A DNA stretch of 64,000 nt from Barthelona sp. PCE (lineage: Eukaryota), in contig JAUFOR010000002.1 of NCBI GenBank assembly GCA_040285745.1, forward strand, positions 434,001 through 498,000. Reading direction: 5' to 3'. A program made the position numbers and the translations under genes. Below, piece after piece: positions 52,464 to 62,527 of the stretch; position 1 is the stretch's first letter, and every line of letters begins with the position of its first letter. A model generated the notes under the pieces. The model worked only from the letters and a program-made list of their open reading frames with translations. It was not told where the DNA came from and did no database searches.

Positions 52464-54074
52464 TTATAATCGCATGGCTTGGCACGCAATAGAAGAATAA
52501 AATCGAACAACCGACTGTTGATCGATTTCACATTTAAATGGTTGAAAACCATCATTGAAAATATTGGTCAGAACTGTTAATTCATTAGTTTTAATATTAT
52601 ATATCAAACAGTCCTCAATTATGCTTATGCAGACCAGAAAATTTTCGTTTATACAGAATTGACAAGGCTTTAAGCTACTTCTAAAAAAATTACCGGATAG
52701 TACATCTTGAACCTTGATTTGATTCAGTTCTGTTTTTGAAATAATACTCAGTGTATTATTTTGGAATGAAAAAGAAATTACATTAAGATTGGAATTTGAA
52801 TAAACAGGATAAAATATAGAATTTTGAAGATCCAAATCATGAGCGAATATTAAAGTAATTGAAATTGGTGAAATTGAATAGGTTTGAAAAGAATTTTCTG
52901 AAGAAAGTATTAGAATATTATTAACAAAAGTACAATTATGACATTTTTGCTTCAAACGTTGATTTGTTATCACTTCTTGTGTTTTAACATCAAATAAGTG
53001 AATAACACTCCTATGTTTACGAATCATATTCGCTACTATTACTAATACATCTTCATTATAAAAAAAGAGATCTGATATATCAAATGAATAGTAATGATTG
53101 TCTAAAATACATGTATCATTGCGAAATACACTAAAGAAATTTTGACAGTAACAACAAATATACAAATCATTAGAATTATGTGGTTTTAACCATTGAATTC
53201 TTTCCAAAGCTAACATTTGTAGATTAATAGTATAATTATCATCATCATTTTTAACAAAAATTGTTGATCCCATTCGTGTTATCAATAAATCATCAGAAAA
53301 AACTAAAATTTTTGATATAGAAGGTATTACTTGCCCAAAAGGAAAAAAACTTTTTGAAAAGTATTTCAATTCTACATTAAGACCATTCATTCTCAGACAA
53401 TAATCAATTGGATTGGGATCTGAGAAATTTGGTGAAGAAAGATGATACATAATACAAGTTGAAGGAATTACTTTTGTGTGTAAAGGATAATCTAAGTAAT
53501 GAAGACTTAAAGAATCGAATTCTAATCTTTTGAAAGCGTTATCTGTGAACACTATAGCGCTTTCTTCTGATAAAAAAATTGAAAAAACATTTTTTAAGTG
53601 AAGTAGAATTCTATTTTCTGTCATGATGAGTAAATGAAGATCAAGCTTATCATAGAAAACAAATTTATCATCTATGAACCACAAATATATTGGGTTTTGT
53701 GAATTGAACTTAAAATTACATCTATAAGAAAGAAAACATTTGTTTTCAACATCAAAAACAGATATTTGATCCTTTGAGCCAACCGGTACCAGTCCGTTGT
53801 GTGGGACACCGACCTTTAAAACGTCTTTAGTTATTAGACATACAGTTTGACCATTTTGGTATTGATATAGTTTTTTTTTGCTCACGTAGTACACAGTGCC
53901 ACTGTCATCGACTGATACGCACATTGGGTCGACAACCGGTACTAAAGTTCGTTGCAAGTTTTGAGTATTGATTTTCACTACTGCTTCTACGCAACAAGAG
54001 CATAAATAATGACCAAAGAACGATTTGGAGCAATTCCCAAAGTGTGTAGACACAATGGGGCGCTCTAATGTCAT
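52464..54074 (-). CDS. Hypothetical AT-rich, beta-strand-rich protein
   Basis: 536-aa stop-free ORF in very AT-rich DNA, unlikely by chance; no family recognised. Confidence 0.65.
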   Translation of the reverse strand: MTLERPIVSTHFGNCSKSFFGHYLCSCCVEAVVKINTQNLQRTLVPVVDPMCVSVDDSGTVYYVSKKKLYQYQNGQTVCLITKDVLKVGVPHNGLVPVGSKDQISVFDVENKCFLSYRCNFKFNSQNPIYLWFIDDKFVFYDKLDLHLLIMTENRILLHLKNVFSIFLSEESAIVFTDNAFKRLEFDSLSLHYLDYPLHTKVIPSTCIMYHLSSPNFSDPNPIDYCLRMNGLNVELKYFSKSFFPFGQVIPSISKILVFSDDLLITRMGSTIFVKNDDDNYTINLQMLALERIQWLKPHNSNDLYICCYCQNFFSVFRNDTCILDNHYYSFDISDLFFYNEDVLVIVANMIRKHRSVIHLFDVKTQEVITNQRLKQKCHNCTFVNNILILSSENSFQTYSISPISITLIFAHDLDLQNSIFYPVYSNSNLNVISFSFQNNTLSIISKTELNQIKVQDVLSGNFFRSSLKPCQFCINENFLVCISIIEDCLIYNIKTNELTVLTNIFNDGFQPFKCEIDQQSVVRFYSSIACQAMRL

Positions 54075-54550
54075 GAAATGGGTAAGGAATTGTAGTTCAT
54101 GGTTTTTTATTTATCCTTCTGGTCATTGTTTGCTTTTTGCGGTACAACATGAGCTTGTAACACATATAGGATGACGAGCATAGCTTTTTACTATTGTTTG
54201 AGACTCTCTTTTTTTTTTTAAAGTCTATCGTCAAACCATTGGTAAAAAACTTGAGCATAATTTTTTTTCTTGTTGTTTTTGCTAAAAGCCAAATTATTTG
54301 GTTAGGATTTTTTTGATGAATATAATTATTATCATTTATTATCGGTCTATTGAGTGCTCGTGGTCATAACGCTGGAAGAAAGCTTTGATTAATAAGATTA
54401 CTTTTGTATTGAAATTCTATATTTTCTTTTTCACTATTCGTTAAATAACACAGATTATTGTGCTCTTTAGGGTGTTAATAATCTCTTTTGGGCCAGTCAA
54501 CAACATAAATGTAAGCTGTTCGTTGAAAACTGTTCAAAAAAATTATTTTA

Positions 54551-57500
54551 TTATTGGAATTCATTCATCCGCTCCTTAACTTGTCTGAGAGTAACACGCT
54601 GTATTTCATGAACATGACAACTTCCATGATGATCGCATCTCGCAGAAAGGCAAACAAAACAAAAACTGCGACTGCATGTGGGACACTTCATGCTCTTGCA
54701 ACCGCTACGATGCTCTACAGGAGTTAAGCAGTTCGGGCAAACACGCACAGATGGCACCCCATCAATTCGATTGAAATCGATGGTTTTGCGTGGTGCATTT
54801 TGAAGACGGTTGTTGAGATCGTCAACATCATCCTGCGTCCATTGCGAAAGTCGCTGTGTGATGAGTAACTTGAACTCCTTGGGCAGGATACCGCGAATAG
54901 CTAGTGGTAGTCCTTCGCGGATACGCAATATGTTGTTGGGCAATCTCAGAGAGTGATCACAGAGAGCGACAGTAGGTAGCATAGTGTCGTCCGGCTGTAG
55001 AATGACGGTGAATGAGTGTAGTTCCGGTGAGCCATTTAACCAGTAAACGAACTGGAGAATGTCCATTGAGTTGAAACCTTGTAGAACTTCTTCTAGTGCA
55101 TCACGCACGTTATTGGGTACCTTGTCATCATATTTAAAGGTAGCAAGCACCTGCTCGGTGGTGAAACGAGGCGGTCCGCACATCATAGATTTGACTTCAG
55201 AGAAAGTGAGAGTAACGCCAAGCTGGGCAGTGAGTTCATGAGCGTTAAACACTGCGTTAACCTTCTTAGACAGCTCCACCCATGGTTCGGATGCGGATTC
55301 ACGGGCGAACTGCAGGAATTCATCAATATTGTCAGCTGTAACCAACCTGTCATCTCCTAAAAGGGAGTTGAAGTTCAGACCCTCTTGATTCAGCATGTTA
55401 AGGATGTACGCCGATTCGGTTGGGAACACCTTGCCAAAGACTTTTCTATCAGAAAGCTTATCGTGATCTTCACTGAGTGCGTTTATCAAAAACTGACCAA
55501 CCTGCAAGTCATCAATTGGTGATTGGAACACAAAGCAGCAGTACAGGAAGCCGCACATGGCTATCAAGGCATCATCTGATGTTTCGGTATTGATTTGAGG
55601 CAAAGAATGATGCTCGAAAATGTAATCAATGAATTGGGGAATTGAGAGTTGTTCCATACCGTATAATGTAATTGAGGCATCGAAGTATTCGGTTCCACTC
55701 ATAAACGAGTTGATATCGCTGAACACAGTCACGAAAAATTCGTCAAAGGTCTGCTCCACTTGTTCAAACTTCATGGTGCTTCCCTCACGATCGTTATCGC
55801 GTAACAGAGCCTGCTTTGTGACAATAAACTGGTTGATCTGACGGCGGATGAGTGTGAGGCGGTCCTGAGCTGCGGGTACATTAGTGTGCCATTCATGACA
55901 GTTAAGCTCGTAAATGGACGGTCTTAGCTGAGGATCTTGGGCTTGGCAGCGCTGGATGATTTCAGAATGCATGCAGTCTTCAGGTAAAACAAGCTGAGCA
56001 ACGTTTGTTCTGTCTTGTGCATAAATGTAGGCAACAGTTTTTCCAAGTGCATAAATATCGCTCAGTAAAGTGTGCGGTTGGCCCATCATAACTTCTTGGG
56101 CCATATAACCAAACGTTCCAACCATAGTGTTACCTCCAATAGTTTGTGAGTTGTCGATGCTTACACCAAAGTCGCATAATTTCAACTTGGGATTTGTTCC
56201 GTCTTTGTTACAATAAACCAGGATGTTCTGTGGCTTTATATCACGCAGAGTGATGCCCTTTGCGTGTATAGAGAAGATACACATCACAAGCTGATGAGCA
56301 AGAGAGTTCTTCGTCTCCTGGTTAACATCAGGAAATGATTCAAGATACTTCTCAAGATCGAACGGTGCACGCTCCAGCTCAATACACACAAACATCATGG
56401 TAGCAGTTCCACGTGACATCTTTGGTACAAACACTACGTTCTTAAGAGTTACTGTGCAAGGGTCTAGCTTGGTCAGAACGCGCAGTTCGCGTCTTATTGC
56501 TTTTATATTATCATCCAGACCGCGCTTCATCCTCTTTGAGACGCAAATACACTTGATAAACAGATCATCCGTGTTCAACGTGCCGTTACCTAATCCAAAA
56601 TCTTGAAGCCCACCATTCAAATAGCTGTCATAACTAATGATCTTAGGAATCGAAGGGAACCTTATTGCTTTAAGATCCAACTCCTCAATTGTCTTGGAAA
56701 GGTCAACTGCTAGTGCCAGTTCACATATAGTTTTTTTGAGCGTTTTGATGTTCTGAGTAACCAGACGAGTCATATATCCCTTTGCTTTTTCAAAATTGAC
56801 ACATTCAGCTTCACTGATCTCCGACGCATGGCGTTCCATTCTCTGTTGCAATGTGTAAAGTCGATCAAAATTCACTGGATGATCAAGAGAATCAAGCTCT
56901 TGCTCTTCCCGAGATTCCTCCAAATCCTTAGCGATACCTTTGATTTGCTTGGAAGATCGCGTAAGAGTGTTGAGTTTGTCAATGAATAAATTCATTACAA
57001 CATGTGAATTTTTCAGATCTTGATCCGAAAGTAAGTGAAAAAGTTCAAAGCTGAAATCAAACGATGTTAACTCTCTAAGTTTTTCGGCAAAAGCTCTCTC
57101 ATTAAGCACCTTTGCGATGGGAAACCGGGAAACAAGCTTGTCAAAGCGAGATGAAAAGGTTGAAGCCAACGTTTCATTAATCTCAAACGCTACAATGATG
57201 TTTCTGAAATCCCTGACGTATGATATGGCCATTTCCAGTTCATCTAAGTGCTTCTCCATTGTCTGCACAGTTGGATCTGAAGATATCCAGTCCAAGAAAG
57301 ACTGCGATGGAACATAGAGTTGTTGGATAACTTCTGCACATTTTTTGCTATACGCAATCAGTTCACCGAACTCCTTGTTGCCTGAATTGGGTACCAATTG
57401 ACTTAATGTATCGAATGTAACCTGGAACTTCACATCCATTTCGGAGAACTTCGCTTGAGTTTTTTTTTCTTGAGCAGTGAGTTTTTCTTGAAAAAATATT

Positions 57501-58762
57501 TTCTGTTCAGCAAGTTTCGAGCGTAAATCATTAATCTTTAGGTTTGCATCAATGATATTGAACCTAGATTCATCATTACACATCATTGTACGACCAAAAC
57601 CAGTGTCGTTATTCCATTCAAGAAGAAGAATTTTTCCACTCTCAAACACTACGTTGAACACAGATTCTGATTCCTTCTCAAATCCAACAACAACACCGCT
57701 GTGTGATTCGTACTCTTTGGTAACTGAATTGGTTTTTGTAACATGAGTCACCTTGGTTGCAAAAAACAATAGATACCCGCTTGAAACTTTAGCAACAAAA
57801 CACTGCCGATCACAAGGAATAACAAATTTCTGATACTTAATATACGAACCTAGAGGTGTATCCAGCCTAAACAAATCCTCTTCCAAGATTTTGATGGTTG
57901 TTGAATATCCAAAACAGTTATTAGCAATAGTTGTAATATGTTTTTGTGACAGAATACTAAATATTTGTGAATCTCCACATTCCATATTGACTGAAAAATA
58001 CTTTTCGTCATGTGAAATATAAATGGACTGCTTTTCACCCTCTACGTTGAATGAACCGCATCCTTGTTTCGTGTTTCTGTTGAACAATTGAACCACAGAA
58101 TTATTAGCAAGGACCATATAATTAGCAGAAATGTCACCTAGAAGCATGGTGCTTCTGTTTAAATTTGGATATCTCTCTTCAGCAGTAGAACCTTGCTCAA
58201 TAAGATCATGAAAGTTTTTTTGTACAGTTCGACAGGAATATCTGTCTATAGTAGTATAAGTAGTAGCTTCTTTAACTAAAAATAATGGGTCATGTAGGAC
58301 GAATTCTCCAAAAACCCTATTACTAGCTGAACTACCATGTTTTAATCTAATATGACCTGAATTATCCTTAATAATGAGACATTGAGCATCAGCCCAGCAT
58401 TTAGTACCAGCAGGAAAAGAAAAGCTTGAAATGCTATTACCCTCCACATCATTCACATTGTATTGATCATTCACTTTGTAAGCAACAACCTGACCATCAA
58501 AGCTGAGGCAACCATGTTTAACCTCACCTTCCACATCAATTGAATTTAATAAACTTAAAGATGGAACACTGAAAAGTTTGATAATTGAGGAACCAGAATT
58601 AGAAGGGTTTGTATGCACAGTGGCCAGAACCTTTTCGTTCTTTGAAACCCAAAACAGATTTAAATATTCCTCTATTGCGATAGTAATTGGTTCAAGACCA
58701 TCAGATTCGTTTTGACGTATAATAGTCGCCTTTCCGCCTTCATTAGCAAATACTTTAATCAT
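54551..58762 (-). CDS. Multidomain protein: propeller-like region, coiled coil, Ser/Thr kinase, HECT domain, RBR-type RING2/Rcat
   Basis: Kinase LRDIKPQN/DFG/GTFGYMAQE/SDIYALG; HECT VTADN, EVKSMMCG, FVYWLNGS, LPTVALC..LRLP; C-terminal CPNC...SGCKSMKCPTC...FCFVC. Confidence 0.85.
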   Translation of the reverse strand: MIKVFANEGGKATIIRQNESDGLEPITIAIEEYLNLFWVSKNEKVLATVHTNPSNSGSSIIKLFSVPSLSLLNSIDVEGEVKHGCLSFDGQVVAYKVNDQYNVNDVEGNSISSFSFPAGTKCWADAQCLIIKDNSGHIRLKHGSSASNRVFGEFVLHDPLFLVKEATTYTTIDRYSCRTVQKNFHDLIEQGSTAEERYPNLNRSTMLLGDISANYMVLANNSVVQLFNRNTKQGCGSFNVEGEKQSIYISHDEKYFSVNMECGDSQIFSILSQKHITTIANNCFGYSTTIKILEEDLFRLDTPLGSYIKYQKFVIPCDRQCFVAKVSSGYLLFFATKVTHVTKTNSVTKEYESHSGVVVGFEKESESVFNVVFESGKILLLEWNNDTGFGRTMMCNDESRFNIIDANLKINDLRSKLAEQKIFFQEKLTAQEKKTQAKFSEMDVKFQVTFDTLSQLVPNSGNKEFGELIAYSKKCAEVIQQLYVPSQSFLDWISSDPTVQTMEKHLDELEMAISYVRDFRNIIVAFEINETLASTFSSRFDKLVSRFPIAKVLNERAFAEKLRELTSFDFSFELFHLLSDQDLKNSHVVMNLFIDKLNTLTRSSKQIKGIAKDLEESREEQELDSLDHPVNFDRLYTLQQRMERHASEISEAECVNFEKAKGYMTRLVTQNIKTLKKTICELALAVDLSKTIEELDLKAIRFPSIPKIISYDSYLNGGLQDFGLGNGTLNTDDLFIKCICVSKRMKRGLDDNIKAIRRELRVLTKLDPCTVTLKNVVFVPKMSRGTATMMFVCIELERAPFDLEKYLESFPDVNQETKNSLAHQLVMCIFSIHAKGITLRDIKPQNILVYCNKDGTNPKLKLCDFGVSIDNSQTIGGNTMVGTFGYMAQEVMMGQPHTLLSDIYALGKTVAYIYAQDRTNVAQLVLPEDCMHSEIIQRCQAQDPQLRPSIYELNCHEWHTNVPAAQDRLTLIRRQINQFIVTKQALLRDNDREGSTMKFEQVEQTFDEFFVTVFSDINSFMSGTEYFDASITLYGMEQLSIPQFIDYIFEHHSLPQINTETSDDALIAMCGFLYCCFVFQSPIDDLQVGQFLINALSEDHDKLSDRKVFGKVFPTESAYILNMLNQEGLNFNSLLGDDRLVTADNIDEFLQFARESASEPWVELSKKVNAVFNAHELTAQLGVTLTFSEVKSMMCGPPRFTTEQVLATFKYDDKVPNNVRDALEEVLQGFNSMDILQFVYWLNGSPELHSFTVILQPDDTMLPTVALCDHSLRLPNNILRIREGLPLAIRGILPKEFKLLITQRLSQWTQDDVDDLNNRLQNAPRKTIDFNRIDGVPSVRVCPNCLTPVEHRSGCKSMKCPTCSRSFCFVCLSARCDHHGSCHVHEIQRVTLRQVKERMNEFQ

Positions 58763-59323
58763 TTTACCAAGAAATATTGTTTGTAATATTAGTGATAAAA
58801 AAGAAAATTGAAAAAAACACAAATTTCCATTATTCCAGTATTTTCGTTGGCTGGTAAGGTGTTATATATATATTTGAGGTGATTTCTGTGTTTACAATAA
58901 GAATAATTGACAAAAAAAAAAATACACTTTTCAATCAGTCATTTTTGCTTTCACTTTCAAGCTACTGGGTTTAAAGTGTGCTCAAAAAATAAAATTACCA
59001 TAAAAAATAGTTCATTCTTTAAAATAGTGTAAAAAAAATTTCTAACTGTGAGTTGTAATTCATTCCTGCAAAAATAAGTAATAAATAAGAAATATGAGCC
59101 AATTAATCAAAGATTAAGCGAAAAAAAAATATGCCTGAAATGCGGTAAAGATGTTATAAATGCAAAGCAAGTTTTTTTAGAATTTCATAATCATATCCAA
59201 AACGCTATGTGGGAAAATAATCTACAATATTGTAATCTTCATCACAAATAAGCATAGGTTATTGAATGTAGTGAATAAAAATTTATTTTGCATTTTCTCC
59301 TTTTTTTCTCCGCATAAAATCCA

Positions 59324-61213
59324 ATGAGCGAGTCATCCATTACAAGACTGGTGACATCGTTGGACCAAAATAGTGATGGGAAGTACGGGCATAGATTTAA
59401 ATCACTTATGAAGTTCGCAAGTGATGAGCAGATCATCTCAATGTATCACGAGTATCGGGTGCAGATCCCAGTGCATCATAGATTTGTTAACTTAGCTCGT
59501 AGGTGGTCACAAGCCGATTTAAACCAGCATTATGACGAAGAGTGTGTTGATCGCAAATCTCTACTCTTCCTTGATGCTCTTTATCAGTATTTTGTCGATC
59601 TCGAACTGAGTGATCTCAATGTGTGGAAATTCAATGATCGTTTCTTGAATACAATTTCTGTGCTCATCAAAAAGCATTTTTCTCATCAGTTAGACTTCTT
59701 TTTCAACTGTATTCCATGCATTGCCCCCCTCTCCACTTTAATTGAGTTTATTAACGATCGTATTGAGATGGAACTTGATAAAATGTTTAATTTTGATTCT
59801 TTAGACAGTGAATTCATCGCTATTAAGAAGGTGGTTACAGTTTCCATCCAGACAATCTCTTCAAATCTTTGGGGAGTTAAGATTCCTGCTGGTTTTCCAC
59901 CATTTAAAACAGGACGTCATTCCCTTCGTGAAACTCTTGTGTCACACGTTGCTGATGTCAAGAGTCAGATCATCAAACCCGGTGACTTCATTGTCACATA
60001 CGGATATTCATCATTATTGATGGATATCATTTCTGTTTATTCATCATTATATTTGACACCAAAAGAAGAAGGGAAAAAGAAGGACACAGACGGTTCTGCA
60101 TCTATCCCGCTCCCACCCAAACCCAAACAGCTCATTTATCAGCATAAATCAAAGATAAATGAAACACCAAACGCCGGCACTTCGCCAAAACTTGCCTTGT
60201 TGAGGAATCGTGCTTTCATGACTAGCACAGTGAACAGTGCAGTGGGCACGGCCGCCCACGAGGCGCTCATATCAGCTACTCCTTCTATCGAGGCTGATTT
60301 ACATGAAATACATAAGAGACACAGTGGTGCCGAAGATAATAATAATGAAAATAACATGAGTTTGACTCTTCTTCTTGTTGACTCGAGAGTTGGTGGACCT
60401 GCTACTCAGATGCTCAAGCATTTAACTGATTTGGGTACCTTTATTCAATCTAACTTGCATATCAATGCTCAAGGACAGTCATATACCAGCGCCTGTGGTC
60501 GCATTACAATCATATATACACTTTTGAGCTCTGTTAACTACTTTTTTGTCCGATCTCAAGTTGAAAAGAAGTGTATTCTTGAAGCTAATTGGTTTTTAAA
60601 CAACGGAAATGCAGTACTGGATCAAGGAGCAGAGGTACTTGCCATGCGTTGCGAACAAAACGCTACTCCTGTAATTGTTTTATCCCAAAGTTATCGTTAT
60701 GATAAAGATACGCTTACAATAGATCCAACTGCAACAAATATCGTTAAATTACCCCGTGATGTATTGCTTTCTGTCAAGGATAACGAAGCAGCTAATCGAT
60801 CGATCAAAGAAATGCGTGAAATGGGCAAGCAGAAGAAAAAAATTGTTGCTTTGCCTGGACCACAAGCTGTTAGTGGTAGTGCATCTGCTAAAAGCAAAGA
60901 TTTTGAGATTAACGAGTATCTGAGTGCTGTATCATTTCAGTACAGTGTTTTGGAATCAAAGTACATTACTTCAGTTGTTGTACCTTCAGTTGATGATGTT
61001 ATGATGATTCCTGTTTGTAGTGTCAGGAGATTCATGTCTGCATTTATGACAAATCTCAAGCAGCAGTGTGAAATGTGTTGGAAAAATGGTATCGAGACGA
61101 GCAGGATCGGCTGTTCAGAGGGTACTACTGATACACCTATTGATAGTGCTTACAGTGACGAAGAGGGCGAGTTGGTGCACGTTCGCTCTTCAAGAGTCGG
61201 TCGATTCGACTGA
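59324..61213 (+). CDS. eIF2B regulatory subunit, delta-like (divergent, with insertions)
   Basis: IVTYGYSSLL, VDSR, FLNNGNAV..QG..LAM...PVIVLSQSYRY follow the IF-2B family pattern. Confidence 0.7.
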   Translation: MSESSITRLVTSLDQNSDGKYGHRFKSLMKFASDEQIISMYHEYRVQIPVHHRFVNLARRWSQADLNQHYDEECVDRKSLLFLDALYQYFVDLELSDLNVWKFNDRFLNTISVLIKKHFSHQLDFFFNCIPCIAPLSTLIEFINDRIEMELDKMFNFDSLDSEFIAIKKVVTVSIQTISSNLWGVKIPAGFPPFKTGRHSLRETLVSHVADVKSQIIKPGDFIVTYGYSSLLMDIISVYSSLYLTPKEEGKKKDTDGSASIPLPPKPKQLIYQHKSKINETPNAGTSPKLALLRNRAFMTSTVNSAVGTAAHEALISATPSIEADLHEIHKRHSGAEDNNNENNMSLTLLLVDSRVGGPATQMLKHLTDLGTFIQSNLHINAQGQSYTSACGRITIIYTLLSSVNYFFVRSQVEKKCILEANWFLNNGNAVLDQGAEVLAMRCEQNATPVIVLSQSYRYDKDTLTIDPTATNIVKLPRDVLLSVKDNEAANRSIKEMREMGKQKKKIVALPGPQAVSGSASAKSKDFEINEYLSAVSFQYSVLESKYITSVVVPSVDDVMMIPVCSVRRFMSAFMTNLKQQCEMCWKNGIETSRIGCSEGTTDTPIDSAYSDEEGELVHVRSSRVGRFD

Positions 61214-61252
61214 TAATAAAAGTTAGAAGTTTTTGCAAATATAACCTTTTCA

Positions 61253-62515
61253 ATGAATAAGTTTCACTTGTCAAAGACCATCCCGGATGCAGAGGACATA
61301 GCTTATCGTCTCAAAACAGCAATGGAAGCTCATCAACCTTCAACCCTTCGACCAGATGCTACTAGTTCACAGTCACAACGATTTTATTATCAGAAAGTTG
61401 AGTTTGGCTCCAAATTGATAGTTGATCAACTGTCTGAAATTCTGGAGAGTTTTCCTACACCTTCAGACATTCATCCCTTTTACCAAGCTTGGATTTCACA
61501 AAATTATGGGCTTTCTGAATTTCAGGGTGCATATGATACGACATATCACTTTATTAACCAGTTGAAAGCGGATTCAGAATCATGTATAGATACTATTGAA
61601 CGTACTTTGATGAGAAGAGATTGTCATAACCTAAAGTTTACGTTTTTTAAGCGTCTTATCGTCAAAATCAAATCAGAATTAGAGGAACCATTGTTTATTT
61701 TAGAAGAAACTAGAATGCAATTAAAAACTTTACCTAATATCGATCCCACGGATAGCGCATTGGTTTTATTCGGTTACCCCAACGTGTCTAAGTCATCTTT
61801 TGTTAACATAGCTTCAAATGTTGATGTTGATGTTCAACCATATGCCTTTACTACGAAAACTCTTCAACTCGGTTTTTTTGAGTTTGAAGGCAGACGTTTC
61901 CAAATTCTGGACACCCCCGGTATCCTTAACAGAGACATTGAAGAGCGTAATGTTATTGAAATGCAAGCTATTGTGGCCATTGCGTACTTAAACTGTTCAG
62001 TTTTGTTTTTGGTCGACGCAAGTGAGGAATGTGGTTATAAGTTATCCGAGCAGCTCGATTTATTTGATTCCCTTCATTCAATTTTTGCTAACAAACCAAG
62101 CTACATGCTCTTTACGAAAACTGATCTTTTAAAGTATGACGATATAAGTGAAGAAGGCAAGAAGCGTATTGAAGAATCGCTTGCAAAGGTTCCCACTTGT
62201 CAGAAGTTGGAGTATTGTAGTTTTGAAACAGAAACAGTTGATGCTGTGAAGGAAGTTGTTTGCACCAGTTTGTTAAAGACTGCTTATCAAAAATCACCAA
62301 AAATTTACAGCGCAGTTCCGGAGGAAACTATCGAATCCAGGAAACCTGTTGAACCAATCAGTACATTGCAAAAACAACAAGAAGCTACACCGTTGACAGC
62401 TGAAACTACTGCTAAGAAGAGTGAAATACGTATATCTACAGTTAGCGCTGAACAAAAACCTAAAAAAAGAATTGTTAAGAGAGTAGTGCGAAGAGGCAGA
62501 AAGAAAAAGCAATAA
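61253..62515 (+). CDS. NOG1/GTPBP4-family GTPase, short and with variant G1/G4 motifs
   Basis: FP...DIHPFY, LPNIDP, VDVQPYAFTTK, DTPGIL, RNVIEMQA, SEECG. Confidence 0.85.
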   Translation: MNKFHLSKTIPDAEDIAYRLKTAMEAHQPSTLRPDATSSQSQRFYYQKVEFGSKLIVDQLSEILESFPTPSDIHPFYQAWISQNYGLSEFQGAYDTTYHFINQLKADSESCIDTIERTLMRRDCHNLKFTFFKRLIVKIKSELEEPLFILEETRMQLKTLPNIDPTDSALVLFGYPNVSKSSFVNIASNVDVDVQPYAFTTKTLQLGFFEFEGRRFQILDTPGILNRDIEERNVIEMQAIVAIAYLNCSVLFLVDASEECGYKLSEQLDLFDSLHSIFANKPSYMLFTKTDLLKYDDISEEGKKRIEESLAKVPTCQKLEYCSFETETVDAVKEVVCTSLLKTAYQKSPKIYSAVPEETIESRKPVEPISTLQKQQEATPLTAETTAKKSEIRISTVSAEQKPKKRIVKRVVRRGRKKKQ

Positions 62516-62527
62516 ATCACTGTTTAC

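Noticed and set aside
54075-59323. Transposon carrying the kinase-E3 gene
   Set aside because: No terminal repeats, target-site duplication or transposase/RT motifs found by eye.
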